IMG/VR virus record: IMGVR_UViG_3300022200_000019
Coordinates: 62,001-126,000 of that record
Reading direction: 5' to 3' (one strand)
DNA length: 64,000 bases
The notes under the pieces are model-generated. The model saw only the letters and a program-made list of their open reading frames with translations, was not told where the DNA came from and searched no databases. Both the position numbers and the translations under genes were made by a program. Of the stretch, positions 30,393-40,483 are shown piece by piece (position 1 is the first letter of the stretch; the number at the start of each line of letters is the position of its first letter).

Positions 30393-32338
30393 TGTATAAT
30401 ACACTAAGTCCGTTAATGTTGATCGCAGGAGAGGGGCTAATACAAAATACAGGCCTTGATATTAATGCGACACTTACATCTAGTATGAATAGTTATACTT
30501 CGTTAGATGTCGTTAGCGAGTATGCGGCAGCTATTTCTGCCGCAGAAGCAAACGAAGAAGTAATTGATCCAAGTACTAGTGTTAGCAACCAAGGTGTTCC
30601 TACTGCGTCGATTAATCAAATTAAAAGCTATACTGCAAGTTTATTTCCGTCAGTGAATAATACAATCCCAAGCGGAGTTAGTATTGGAAGCACAACAAAT
30701 AGATTTACAAGTCAACTTATTACACACGCAGATAATATTTTAGGAAACGGTGACCTAAGTAAATTTGTTATACAAATGTATACCGTGATGGCATATACGG
30801 TTAGCTCTGGCAGTTTTATTGATGCAGCCATTACTACAAACTCACAACTAGGTCCAACATTTTCTAATATGGACGAGCTTACCACAGGTAGTATCTCTAG
30901 TATCAGTTTAGCAACGGTTGAGTTCGGTACTGACTTAATTAATACAGGGTTGTTGATCGATTTAGACAAACTTAACACGTATGGAACACCGCATGCGTTA
31001 ATTGTTAAATTAGCAACACGTGGATTATTATCTTACATATCCGAAGAGCTAATTAACGCCGGTGTTAGCCCTACCGCACTAGCGACTAAAATTACTTCGT
31101 TAGCAACTAACGAAACATTGCCATTGATTATTCAGAAAAAGTGCTATGAAGCATTTAAAACTGTTACCGGCAATAAACTGACTACAATTAAATCAGCATT
31201 ACGAGTTAATATACCAAATGGTATCAATACCCTTGCTGATTTAATAGACACACGAAAGATTTTTCCAACATCTTATAAAACATTAACTAGTCCATATAAA
31301 ACTGGTTATAAAGCGATTTATATTGGCGAAAATTCTGTTAACGGATTATTTAAAAATCTAGGGAAAGATTATTATAGCATTTTGTCCACAGGATTGGCGG
31401 ACGCTAATGTAGCGATGCGCCGCGCTTTGCAACAAATTAAAAATGTTCAGAATTTAACCACTTCGCAATTGGGATCAGCAGTACGATTAATTCAAACAAA
31501 TTATGGGTTAAATTTAATTAATTCGCTTGACACTCCGCTTCCTTCTAGTGTATACTCGTATTATACATCAAGTTTTAGCAATGGATCAGGCTCAAATGGA
31601 CGTTATTATTTGAGCGACGGTATTGGGACTCCGGCAGGAATTACGCACAATGATGCATTTGCATCAATGAATACTACATTAACAACTTTAATTGCAAACG
31701 GAGCGTTAAATGGGCTACATGACGGAACATCAAACGGAGCATTTACTGTGCTTAAAGATGCACTAAACGGTGTTTACGGCATTCCGTATATTGACCCAAG
31801 CGATCCATTAATGAGCACTAATTTAGTTATACCGTCAGGCAAAGTTGGTGCAGGCACGTATACCACGTGGGCAAGTGCAATTACTGCTATTCTAAATGGA
31901 ACAACAACCGTTATTAATAGCATTAAAAGTGCATATCCTACTGAAACAGCAAGTGCTGATGCACAATTAACAGCATCAGCAGAACAGATTGAATTAGAGT
32001 TAGCCACACTAGCTAATGCGGGTGTAGTATTTGCTGATACGCCAAGCAGCAAACAGAGTATTCAGGGTATGGTACAGAACTTGCATACATATGCTATTCA
32101 AAATGAATATCGCGGGCCAGCAGAATTGCTGGAAAAAATGGCAGACATGAGTACACAAGCAGGGCAAGCATTAGTTGGTGCATTACGCGAAGGCCGCAAC
32201 ATTTCTGCGCTTAATACAATTGGCATTGGTATGGACAATGTTCCGATTACACCAACAGATCCCGCCGATGGAACTGGCGAGTTTACGGAAGCAATTTATT
32301 CAGTGGACGAAGCAATTGCTAACATTTCAACCAGCTGA
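30392..32338 (+). CDS. Large probable virion (baseplate/tail) protein
   Basis: Coupled to the PAAR gene; Ser/Thr/Ala-rich, 648 aa. Confidence 0.5.
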   Translation: MYNTLSPLMLIAGEGLIQNTGLDINATLTSSMNSYTSLDVVSEYAAAISAAEANEEVIDPSTSVSNQGVPTASINQIKSYTASLFPSVNNTIPSGVSIGSTTNRFTSQLITHADNILGNGDLSKFVIQMYTVMAYTVSSGSFIDAAITTNSQLGPTFSNMDELTTGSISSISLATVEFGTDLINTGLLIDLDKLNTYGTPHALIVKLATRGLLSYISEELINAGVSPTALATKITSLATNETLPLIIQKKCYEAFKTVTGNKLTTIKSALRVNIPNGINTLADLIDTRKIFPTSYKTLTSPYKTGYKAIYIGENSVNGLFKNLGKDYYSILSTGLADANVAMRRALQQIKNVQNLTTSQLGSAVRLIQTNYGLNLINSLDTPLPSSVYSYYTSSFSNGSGSNGRYYLSDGIGTPAGITHNDAFASMNTTLTTLIANGALNGLHDGTSNGAFTVLKDALNGVYGIPYIDPSDPLMSTNLVIPSGKVGAGTYTTWASAITAILNGTTTVINSIKSAYPTETASADAQLTASAEQIELELATLANAGVVFADTPSSKQSIQGMVQNLHTYAIQNEYRGPAELLEKMADMSTQAGQALVGALREGRNISALNTIGIGMDNVPITPTDPADGTGEFTEAIYSVDEAIANISTS

Positions 32339-32345
32339 TAATATT

Positions 32346-32654
32346 ATGATTACTTTTTTTAAAAAACTTTTTGCAATTATTTCTAGATTTGTAAAAAATA
32401 TTTTCAAACTTTTTGCAAATCAAATCCCGGGTATCTGTATTGAATGTGACGAACATGAAGTTTGTTGTGATACAAAAGATGTTCGTTACAGTAAAGCACA
32501 CATTACACACAAAGAAGCAGTTCGTTTAATGGCGCAGTACGGTATGAGTGCGGTTCATGATCCTAAAAAAGGATTATGGACAATTAAGTATCTAGATCAA
32601 CAAGTAACGTCTGATTCATTCCGCGAAGCGGTACAAGACATCAAAGTAGGTTAA
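32346..32654 (+). CDS. Hypothetical protein with amphipathic N-terminal helix
   Basis: In-frame ATG 32346: MITFFKKLFAIISRFVKNIFKLF; Cys cluster. Confidence 0.5.
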   Translation: MITFFKKLFAIISRFVKNIFKLFANQIPGICIECDEHEVCCDTKDVRYSKAHITHKEAVRLMAQYGMSAVHDPKKGLWTIKYLDQQVTSDSFREAVQDIKVG

Positions 32655-32655
32655 T

Positions 32656-33984
32656 ATGCCAGCGTCCTGGATCCATAAACTCAATGAGAGCAATAGTCGT
32701 ATCCATAAAGAAAAGGTTATCGAACAAGCAATAGCAGCACGCAAATTAGGAGACCAAACAGCAGAATGGTTTTTATTTGGTGCGTTTGCTGCGTATAGTC
32801 CATTTCTAACTTATAATGTTAAGAAAGTGCCTACTACAGAAGGGTTAGTCAACAGAGAAAACCCGTGGGTTGATTTTCGAAAGTTGTTAGCAAGTTTAAG
32901 CGATCGTAACGTTACCGGAAATGAAGCACATACTGAAATAGAGCGTATGTCTGAACGGTTTGATTCGGAACAATGGAATGATTTTTGTGCTCCTGTAATT
33001 CAAAAAGATCTGCGTGTAGGTGCTACATTAAAAACGTTTAACAAATATCTCAAAGGCACAGACCTAGAAATTCCTGTGTTTGAATGTCAGCTCGCTACTG
33101 ATAGTGCTAAACACGAAAGCAAGCTAACTGGCGATAAAATTCTACAACGCAAACTCGATGGTGTGCGTGTAATTGTTTTGTGCGTTCACGGTACCGTGCG
33201 TATCCACAGCCGCAATGGAAAACAGTTTGAAAACTTTAATCACATTATACCGCAAATACAAAAGGTAATGCCGGTTATTCAAAACGTCATGAGTACACCC
33301 AATTTTGTGCTCGATGGCGAAATGATGAGTGATGATTTTCAAACACTTATGAAGCAAGCACATCGCAAATATAATGCAGATGCTTCAGACAGTCGTTTCC
33401 ATATTTTCGACATTCTTAACTACGGTGGGTTTATTCAAGGTGTAAGTCGTGTAAAGCAGAGTGTACGCACAGATACATTGCGTGCGCTAAAAGGACGCAT
33501 TGAAGAACAACCAAATCTTCGAGTAGAACCTGATATGCGTGTTGATTTAAGCACAGGCCATGGCATAGATGTCATGCATCGTTATGCTGACGAATGCGTG
33601 TCACAAGGATACGAAGGAATTATGATCAAAGACGCTAATGCTCCATATGAGTGTAAGCGCACAACACATTGGCTTAAATGGAAGCCAAATATTACTGTTG
33701 ACCTGGAAGTAGTTGCAGTGGAAGAAGGCACAGGGCGTAACGAAGGTCGATTAGGCGCTCTTGTGTGCGAAGGAGTTGATGATGGTAAATCCATCAAAGT
33801 CAACGTGGGCAGCGGTCTTACTGACGCTGATCGTGATTCCTTTTGGAATTCCCGCAATGATATTATTGGCACTGTTGCCGAGGTCCGTGCGGATGCGGTT
33901 ACACAAAACCAGGATGGGTCGTATAGCTTGCGGTTCCCGCGGTTTGTGAGGTTTAGAGGGTTTGAGAAAGGAGAAAAGCTATAA
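32656..33984 (+). CDS. ATP-dependent DNA ligase
   Basis: KLDGVR, SRNG, LDGE, FDIL, EGIMIK, WLKWK, SLRFPRF. Confidence 0.92.
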   Translation: MPASWIHKLNESNSRIHKEKVIEQAIAARKLGDQTAEWFLFGAFAAYSPFLTYNVKKVPTTEGLVNRENPWVDFRKLLASLSDRNVTGNEAHTEIERMSERFDSEQWNDFCAPVIQKDLRVGATLKTFNKYLKGTDLEIPVFECQLATDSAKHESKLTGDKILQRKLDGVRVIVLCVHGTVRIHSRNGKQFENFNHIIPQIQKVMPVIQNVMSTPNFVLDGEMMSDDFQTLMKQAHRKYNADASDSRFHIFDILNYGGFIQGVSRVKQSVRTDTLRALKGRIEEQPNLRVEPDMRVDLSTGHGIDVMHRYADECVSQGYEGIMIKDANAPYECKRTTHWLKWKPNITVDLEVVAVEEGTGRNEGRLGALVCEGVDDGKSIKVNVGSGLTDADRDSFWNSRNDIIGTVAEVRADAVTQNQDGSYSLRFPRFVRFRGFEKGEKL

Positions 33985-34002
33985 AAACCTCATAAATATA
34001 CA

Positions 34003-35295
34003 ATGTTCTTGAATGTACTAACACTACTAACAGCATTAAGCGTTTCCGCTATTGCTATCTATTATAGTGTAGTTGGTTTGACTACTATTTTTGCTGCTAG
34101 TGTGATTCCAGTGGCAATTATGGGTACTGCGCTTGAAATTGCTAAACTTGTTACGGCAGTTTGGCTACACAAACACTGGCGCAATGCTATCTGGTGGCTA
34201 AAATCATATCTATCCATTGCTGTTGTTGTACTCATGTTTATTACAAGCATGGGTATTTTTGGTTTCCTCTCAAAATCACATATTGAACAAACGGCAGCAT
34301 CAGATGAGCAAACAGCTAAAATTGAATCAATTACTGGTACAATTACTCGTGGAGAAGCAAAAGTTGCTAGACTGCAAGGCGAAATTGATAAATTAAATTC
34401 TGGCACAGCAGATACACGTGTTGATACATTAATTGAACGTGAACAAAAAGAATTAGAACGTTTAACTGAGGTAGTTAATGCTGAAAAAGCGGTATTGCGC
34501 GAAGCGGCAGAAAAGAGTATTTCCGGTATTAATGGAAAGATCAATACAGCTCGAGCTGCAATGGAAGCAGAATTATCCAATACATTCTTTGGCAAAGATG
34601 CAGTACGCAAAAAGTTTGATGATACACAAGCAGAATACAACACAGAGATTCAAGGCATTCGCAGAAACTTAGAAGATAATCTAGCCAAAGTAGATACAAA
34701 ATACTCTCCGCAATTTACAGAAGTCAACGATCGCTTATCAAAATTAAAAGAACAATCAGAAGAGAAAACAGGGACAATTGAAACACGCATTGCTGCTATT
34801 GAAACACAGTTAACCGCAGTACAAAAGGAAGTCGACGACGCTCGTGAAAACAAAGCTGTATTAGAAAGTCAATTCCGCAAGTTAGAAGCAGAAGTTGGCC
34901 CTGTTAAGTATATTGCTGAATTTATTTACAGCTCGGAAGCAGATCGTAACTTGTTAGAAGAAGCTGTGCGTTGGGTTATTGTTACCATTATATTTGTATT
35001 TGACCCACTTGCTGTGTTATTATTAATAGCAAGTCAATACTCGTTTGAGATGGCACAATCTAAACGCAAAGAAAAGAACATAATAGAGCCAATAATTGAC
35101 ACATCCAGCGAACAAACTGCTACTGAAGAACTACCTATTGCAGATAGTGTTGATATTGATGATGTATGGAATGACGTTCCTGTAATAGAAGAAAAAGAAG
35201 AACCAAAACCTGCTGCCCTAAAAAAAAAAGAAGACGGCAAAGAAGAAAGCAGTAACAAAAAAGAAAAAAACAACAAAAAAGGAAGTAACCAATGA
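34003..35295 (+). CDS. Membrane protein with long coiled coil
   Basis: Three N-terminal TM segments, coiled coil, FVFDPLAVLLL TM; A10 run near the 3' end. Confidence 0.7.
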   Translation: MFLNVLTLLTALSVSAIAIYYSVVGLTTIFAASVIPVAIMGTALEIAKLVTAVWLHKHWRNAIWWLKSYLSIAVVVLMFITSMGIFGFLSKSHIEQTAASDEQTAKIESITGTITRGEAKVARLQGEIDKLNSGTADTRVDTLIEREQKELERLTEVVNAEKAVLREAAEKSISGINGKINTARAAMEAELSNTFFGKDAVRKKFDDTQAEYNTEIQGIRRNLEDNLAKVDTKYSPQFTEVNDRLSKLKEQSEEKTGTIETRIAAIETQLTAVQKEVDDARENKAVLESQFRKLEAEVGPVKYIAEFIYSSEADRNLLEEAVRWVIVTIIFVFDPLAVLLLIASQYSFEMAQSKRKEKNIIEPIIDTSSEQTATEELPIADSVDIDDVWNDVPVIEEKEEPKPAALKKKEDGKEESSNKKEKNNKKGSNQ

Positions 35296-35299
35296 GCAA

Positions 35300-35758
35300 G
35301 TGGACACAAACAAAGAGCCCTCACAAGACACGGAACAGACTACAGAAGAAAGCACTGGCCGCATTTCTACGGACGAAGAAGTAAAAGTTAGATTAACACG
35401 TGTAGGCGACGATTATATTTCTTATGACGGTAAAATGTATCGCGATCACGCACTAATAAAATCCCACCCAGAATTAAAATTAGATCTACAACACGAAGTT
35501 CAGTTTGGACTTAGATTTCCTGCAAAATCAAAAGAAGGTAGATTATTTTTACGGTCCGACCTAGAACCAACTAAATTATATAGAAGTAATGGAAAAACCT
35601 GGGATCCGCAAGATAAAAATATTCTAACAAACACAGCATATTCAACTGAATATATTGACATGTTAGTCGACAAAATTGCAAGTGGTGATTATAATCCAGA
35701 GCTTTTAAACGTAATCGAAAAACAAAAGATACAAGAAAAAATAGCAAACGACTTATAG
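35300..35758 (+). CDS. Hypothetical protein; possibly the frameshift-fused C-terminus of the 34003 ORF
   Basis: GTG start without a clear RBS; frame is open back to the A10 run at 35220. Confidence 0.5.
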   Translation: MDTNKEPSQDTEQTTEESTGRISTDEEVKVRLTRVGDDYISYDGKMYRDHALIKSHPELKLDLQHEVQFGLRFPAKSKEGRLFLRSDLEPTKLYRSNGKTWDPQDKNILTNTAYSTEYIDMLVDKIASGDYNPELLNVIEKQKIQEKIANDL

Positions 35759-35759
35759 T

Positions 35760-36959
35760 ATGTCACAAACAAATACAGAAACAAGTATTAACGAATGTAG
35801 TTTTTGCGGTAAAGCAAAGGAAGAAGTAGTCAAACTTATCGTCGGCGATGGTGTTAGTATTTGTAATAACTGCGTAGAGTTTTGTGTTGAGTTATTAGAA
35901 GAAGAAAAACCTATTAATAAACAAAAACACGAAGCAAAAGATATTGATCCAGTGGAACTTAAAGAGTATTTAGATCAGTTTGTCATTGGGCAGGAGCAAG
36001 CCAAGATGGTGTTAAGTGTTGCTGTTGCTAATCATTATAAACGTATCAACAAAAAAGGTGATGTTAAAGTTGATAAAAGTAATGTATTATTACTTGGCCC
36101 CACCGGGTCAGGTAAAACGTTACTTGCTAAGTCAATTGCTGAATATTTAGACGTACCATTTGCTATTGCTGATGCTACATCATTAACAGAAGCAGGCTAC
36201 GTAGGGGACGATGTTGAAGTATTAATTAGCCGTTTACTACAAAATGCAAATGGCGATGTAGAACGTGCGCAACGTGGTATTGTGTTCGTTGATGAAATTG
36301 ATAAAATTTCACGCAAGTCCGAATCTGCTAGCGTAACACGAGATGTATCTGGTGAGGGCGTGCAACAAGCATTACTTAAAATGGTAGAAGGCACGGTTGT
36401 GCGTGTTCCTAATACCGGCAATAGAAAACACCCAGCCGGAGAAATGACCGAAGTTGATACCAAAAACATTTTGTTCATTGCTGCTGGTGCATTTGTTGGA
36501 TTAGATGAAATTCTTAAAAAGCGTGTACAGGGTGCTGGTATCGGATTTGGAGCAGATGTTAATCGTGTTGATACTACTAAAGTCGACCTATTGCCAGCAG
36601 ATTTAATCAAGTTTGGACTTATCCCAGAATTTGTAGGACGGTTTGCTAGTTTTGCTTTTGTACAAGAACTTTCTCGTGAAGACATGGTATATATTTTAAC
36701 TAGTGTTGAAAACAGTCTATTGCGTCAATTTGAATATTTGTTTAAGTGTAATGAAGTTGAATTAGAATTTGATCCAGAAGCATTGTTGTTAGTTGTAGAT
36801 AAAACAATTGAACAAAAAACTGGCGCACGTGGATTGCGAGCAGAATTAGAGAAGGTATTGTTGCCGCATATGTTTAATTTAGTGCGCTATCACAAAAATA
36901 ATATAAAAAATGTGGTTATTTCTAGGGATTTAATAAATACACCTATAGCATTATTATAA
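35760..36959 (+). CDS. clpX: ATP-dependent Clp protease ATPase subunit ClpX
   Basis: CSFCGK..CNNC zinc domain, [41 protein letters not shown] loop. Confidence 0.95.
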   Translation: MSQTNTETSINECSFCGKAKEEVVKLIVGDGVSICNNCVEFCVELLEEEKPINKQKHEAKDIDPVELKEYLDQFVIGQEQAKMVLSVAVANHYKRINKKGDVKVDKSNVLLLGPTGSGKTLLAKSIAEYLDVPFAIADATSLTEAGYVGDDVEVLISRLLQNANGDVERAQRGIVFVDEIDKISRKSESASVTRDVSGEGVQQALLKMVEGTVVRVPNTGNRKHPAGEMTEVDTKNILFIAAGAFVGLDEILKKRVQGAGIGFGADVNRVDTTKVDLLPADLIKFGLIPEFVGRFASFAFVQELSREDMVYILTSVENSLLRQFEYLFKCNEVELEFDPEALLLVVDKTIEQKTGARGLRAELEKVLLPHMFNLVRYHKNNIKNVVISRDLINTPIALL

Positions 36960-36962
36960 ATA
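36955..36962 (+). promoter_or_regulatory. T4-type late promoter (leaderless rpsU)
   Basis: TATAAATA 6 nt before the ATG. Confidence 0.7.
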
Positions 36963-36968
36963 CACTCG

Positions 36969-37202
36969 ATGATCAAACCAAAAGGCACAAAAGTATACGT
37001 AAAAGACGGCAATGTTGAAAAAGCATTGCGTAAACTAAAAAAGAAAGTACAGCGAGGCAACGTACTTCAAGAAGTTAAAGAACGTCAAAGTTACGTACAA
37101 CCATCACAAAAACGTAAAGCCGCTAAAGAAGCAGCAAAGCGACGTTGGGCAAAACACGTTCGTTCGCAAGAATTACCAGTAAAACCTCGCGGTAAGTGGT
37201 AG
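36969..37202 (+). CDS. rpsU: Ribosomal protein bS21
   Basis: VKDGNVEKALRKLKKK...EVKERQSYVQPSQKRK..K.AA.RR. Confidence 0.88.
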   Translation: MIKPKGTKVYVKDGNVEKALRKLKKKVQRGNVLQEVKERQSYVQPSQKRKAAKEAAKRRWAKHVRSQELPVKPRGKW

Positions 37203-37203
37203 A

Positions 37204-37815
37204 TTGGATCCAAACGTTTATTACTTTACCGGGTATAACGAAAAAACCGGAAATTGTAAATTTTTCTATGTGCCGATTCCTAAAAATGGAAGCACGTCAA
37301 TTCCATATATACTTCCAGAATCAACTTTAATTATTAGCAATGAAGATGAAATTTTATTAGATGCTACAGCACTAATTATTCTTCGGGATCCAATTGAACG
37401 TTGGTTTTCTGGGATTGCTCAATTTTATCATGCTGAAAGATTTAATAACAAATTTTTAAAAGATGATTTATTAGATTCAATATATAATCGTGCAATTAAT
37501 GACATTGCGTTAGACCCCCATACATATATACAAACAAGTTTTTTTAAAGATATACAATGTCAAGGACATATATTTTTTTATATGCTTGATAAATTTAAAA
37601 CCAACTCAAAGAAATGGCGAGCGAAAAATAACATTCACTTTCATTTTGACAAATGGGAGAATTTAAATAATTCAAAAAGTTCAATAACAAAAATTAAAAT
37701 GATTAACTATCTAAAACAACGAGTTACAGCTCAGGATTTAAAAAAAATACGTGATTATTACGCCGACGATTATTTGATTATTAATCTTGTAAAAGAATTG
37801 ACAAAATATTCTTAG
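37204..37815 (+). CDS. Sulfotransferase family 2-like protein
   Basis: IPKNGSTS (5'-PSB), LRDPIERWFS (3'-PB), YYADDY. Confidence 0.65.
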   Translation: MDPNVYYFTGYNEKTGNCKFFYVPIPKNGSTSIPYILPESTLIISNEDEILLDATALIILRDPIERWFSGIAQFYHAERFNNKFLKDDLLDSIYNRAINDIALDPHTYIQTSFFKDIQCQGHIFFYMLDKFKTNSKKWRAKNNIHFHFDKWENLNNSKSSITKIKMINYLKQRVTAQDLKKIRDYYADDYLIINLVKELTKYS

Positions 37816-37826
37816 TTTGTTATAAT
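37798..37826 (+). promoter_or_regulatory. Sigma70-type promoter of hsp20 (late ATAAATA also at 37833-37839)
   Basis: TTGACA-17-TATAAT. Confidence 0.8.
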
Positions 37827-37843
37827 ACAAGGATAAATAATAT

Positions 37844-37907
37844 TGTAGACGCCAGGGTTGGGTCTACATACAAAAATAGACTTGCTTAATTTAAGGAGAC
37901 TAACATG
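37844..37907 (+). promoter_or_regulatory. ROSE-like RNA thermometer
   Basis: 5' hairpin tgtagac/gtctaca, then CTTGCTTA-att-TAAGGAG pairing the SD with a bulged G. Confidence 0.65.
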
Positions 37908-38336
37908 ACAAATCTATCTACATTCGACTTCTCACCTCTTAACCGTAGCGCCATTGGCATTGACCGCCTAATGAGTCATATGGTTCGTAACTTTGAATCT
38001 ACACAGCAGGACAACTATCCTCCATACAATATTGTTGAAGATAGTGAAAATGAGTTCACACTCGAAATTGCTGTTGCTGGTTTTAAGAAAGGTGATATCT
38101 CAATTACTTCACAAGACGGACAGCTAACTGTTTCTGGTGAAAAACAAGCGGAAGATACTCGCAAGTACACCTGGAACAAAATTGCTACACGCAAGTTCAG
38201 CCGTTCGTTCACATTAGGTGAATACGTTGAAGTAACCGGTGCTTCTCAAGAAGATGGCATTCTTTCTATTAAGTTAGAACGCATTGTTCCAGAAGCAATG
38301 AAGCCAAAAACTATTGCTATTGACTACAAAGGGTAA
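37905..38336 (+). CDS. Small heat shock protein Hsp20 (IbpA-like)
   Basis: NYPPYNI, LEIAVAGF, LTVSG, FSRSFTL, DGILSI, PEAMKPKTIAI. Confidence 0.93.
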   Translation: MTNLSTFDFSPLNRSAIGIDRLMSHMVRNFESTQQDNYPPYNIVEDSENEFTLEIAVAGFKKGDISITSQDGQLTVSGEKQAEDTRKYTWNKIATRKFSRSFTLGEYVEVTGASQEDGILSIKLERIVPEAMKPKTIAIDYKG

Positions 38337-38353
38337 TATAATGCAGTAACAGG

Positions 38354-38379
38354 ATAGGGAGGGTAATCCTCCCTATTTT
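38354..38379 (+). terminator. Rho-independent terminator
   Basis: atagggagg-gtaat-cctccctat-ttt. Confidence 0.7.
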
Positions 38380-38403
38380 GTTAAATATTAGTATAACAGG
38401 AGA

Positions 38404-38718
38404 ATGGATTTGTCTACTCAAGTTGAAACCAGAACAAGAATCAAGCCAAACATTGCACTGCAAGAACCGCCTATGTTTAAGGTAATCTACCTAAATGATG
38501 AACAAACCAGTATGCAGTTTGTTATTGATAGCCTTGTAGACTTTTTTGATTATGCACCTATTAGTGCTGAAAAGATCACAGAAGATATTCATGTACAAGG
38601 CTCAGCAGTTGTAGCAGTGTTGCCATACGAAATGGCAGAACAAAAAGGCATTGAAGTAACCGTAAGTGCTCGCAGCAACGGTTATCCACTACAAGTCAAG
38701 CTAGAACCCGAAGAATAA
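38404..38718 (+). CDS. clpS: ClpAP adaptor ClpS
   Basis: PPMFKVIYLNDEQTSMQFV..IHVQG.AVVAV..YEMAEQK..YPL. Confidence 0.9.
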   Translation: MDLSTQVETRTRIKPNIALQEPPMFKVIYLNDEQTSMQFVIDSLVDFFDYAPISAEKITEDIHVQGSAVVAVLPYEMAEQKGIEVTVSARSNGYPLQVKLEPEE

Positions 38719-38721
38719 CAC

Positions 38722-39087
38722 ATGTATATTATCGTTGGCGAAGATGCTGCCTCACAGGTAGATACCAAATATCTGGTTTTTGAATTAGATACCATTCTTT
38801 ATAATAAAAATGAAGCCCCACTTAAAAGTTATTGTGTTGTTGACAATGAACATGTTCCCTTAATTGAGGTTAATCGAATCGGTGAACTACAAGAACTACA
38901 TCAAAATTTAATTAAAAATTATCATAAACGTAACTGGAATTTTTGCTTACAAGCAATTGAACATCTGAAAGGAAAATTTCGTGGCGAATTAGATACATTT
39001 TATGATGATTTGGAAAAACGCTGCTCGGTATTTCAACAATTCGAACCGCCCGCAAACTGGACTGGTGTTTACGATAAGACCAAGTAA
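38722..39087 (+). CDS. Stand-alone homolog of the C-terminal region of the CHASE2 adenylate cyclase
   Basis: ELHQNL..YHKRNW..LKGKFRGELDTFY..RC..NWTG aligns with cyclase ELHNNM..YKERDF..LKGEFDGQMDKYY..RC..SWNG. Confidence 0.65.
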   Translation: MYIIVGEDAASQVDTKYLVFELDTILYNKNEAPLKSYCVVDNEHVPLIEVNRIGELQELHQNLIKNYHKRNWNFCLQAIEHLKGKFRGELDTFYDDLEKRCSVFQQFEPPANWTGVYDKTK

Positions 39088-39117
39088 TATACGCCGTTTA
39101 TCATCATAAAACCCCTA

Positions 39118-39125
39118 TATAAATA
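39118..39125 (+). promoter_or_regulatory. T4-type late promoter of the curli module
   Basis: TATAAATA upstream of csgF. Confidence 0.7.
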
Positions 39126-39152
39126 CTAGGACAAGTAGAATGGGGGTTCAAC

Positions 39153-39644
39153 TTGAAAAGCAACGACGATGGCCTTGCGGCTATTGTAGCAATTATTCTA
39201 ACAGTAATCTTTGTACTGTTTACATTTAAAGCAGAGGCAGGTGAGTTAACTCACCAGTTTCATAGTCCTGCGTTCAGCGGCAATGGGTATAGTACCCACG
39301 TCCTAACTATAGATCAGTTAGAACAACAACGTAAGCAGAAAATAAAAGACGACGAACAAGCCGCTATTGATAAAGCAGAACGAGACGCTAAATCAACTAA
39401 TATCTACAAGTTTAAGAACAACTTAGAAAGTCGTGTTTACGCACAACTATCTAAGCAAATTGCAGACGCTCTTTTTGGCGAAAGCAGTAATTTAGCAGAC
39501 ACAAGTTGGTCGGAAGTAGAAACCCCATTCGGTGATACCATTAAATGGAAACGTGAGAACGATATTGTATATGTTGAAATATACGATAGCAATGGCGATT
39601 TAGCCTCTGAGTTCCAGACACCGGTTGGGGATTTCGCATTTTGA
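39153..39644 (+). CDS. csgF: Curli assembly protein CsgF-like
   Basis: Signal/TM segment ending AEA, then GELTHQFHSPAFSG (cf. CsgF GTMTFQFRNPNFGG); adjacent to csgG. Confidence 0.75.
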   Translation: MKSNDDGLAAIVAIILTVIFVLFTFKAEAGELTHQFHSPAFSGNGYSTHVLTIDQLEQQRKQKIKDDEQAAIDKAERDAKSTNIYKFKNNLESRVYAQLSKQIADALFGESSNLADTSWSEVETPFGDTIKWKRENDIVYVEIYDSNGDLASEFQTPVGDFAF

Positions 39645-40483
39645 CACGCTTAATTCTACTACTACTCGCTGCTGGTATACTTGGAGGGTGCGTAGCAAAC
39701 CCGCCTAAACAGTACGAACCCCCATCTCGAATTGTAACTCACGTTGAAGGATTTATGGATATCCCGCCTCCTAGTGGCGGTAAACTTGTTGCGGCTGTAT
39801 ATGGTTTTCAAGATAAAACTGGACAGCGTAAACCCTCTGACAAACTTGCGAATATTAGTTACGCAGTAACGCAAGGTGCTGAAGTATGGGTTATTAAAGC
39901 CCTCAAGGAAGTGGGCGGAGGAGAATGGTTTAGAGTTGTAGAGCGTGTTGGATTAGACAATTTAACAAAAGAGCGTCAAATTATCCGACAAGCACGTCAG
40001 CAAGTTAATGACGAAACACCTCTTAAACCAATGCTGTTTGCTGGTGTGTTAGTTGAAGGAGCCATCACTGGTTACGACTCTAACACGTTAACCGGCGGAG
40101 CAGGAGCCAGATACTTAGGTATTGGTCCAAGCACAGAATACCGCCAGGATGTGGTAACTGTGAGTATGCGGTTAATAAGCGTTCAAAGTGGAGAAGTCTT
40201 ACTTAATACAAGTGTTACTAAAACTATTGTTAGTTTTGGCGATCACGTAAGTTTGTTCCGGTTTATTGATATGGGAACAAAGGCACTTGAGCTAGAATCA
40301 GGAACCACTGAAAACGAGCCGGTGAACTATGCTGTTCGTGTAGCAATCGAACAATGTGTAGTTGAACTGGTTAAAGATGGCGAACGCATAGGTATTTGGT
40401 CATATAAGACTCACGAAGAAGGAGCCAATGATACTAAAGAAGAAGTAAAGACGGATGAAAACTCCGTGCGTGGAGAAAAATAA
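39641..40483 (+). CDS. csgG: Curli secretion channel lipoprotein CsgG
   Basis: Lipobox LGGC; VYGFQDKTGQRKP, AVTQGA, WFRVVER.GLDNLTKERQIIR, GGAGARYLGIG, YRQDVVTV. Confidence 0.93.
   Translation: MTRLILLLLAAGILGGCVANPPKQYEPPSRIVTHVEGFMDIPPPSGGKLVAAVYGFQDKTGQRKPSDKLANISYAVTQGAEVWVIKALKEVGGGEWFRVVERVGLDNLTKERQIIRQARQQVNDETPLKPMLFAGVLVEGAITGYDSNTLTGGAGARYLGIGPSTEYRQDVVTVSMRLISVQSGEVLLNTSVTKTIVSFGDHVSLFRFIDMGTKALELESGTTENEPVNYAVRVAIEQCVVELVKDGERIGIWSYKTHEEGANDTKEEVKTDENSVRGEK

Noticed and set aside
34062-34643. Long antisense ORFs (also 36197-36685, 51874-52437, 62740-63228 and others)
   Set aside because: Fully nested opposite well-supported genes, with no RBS or recognisable motifs
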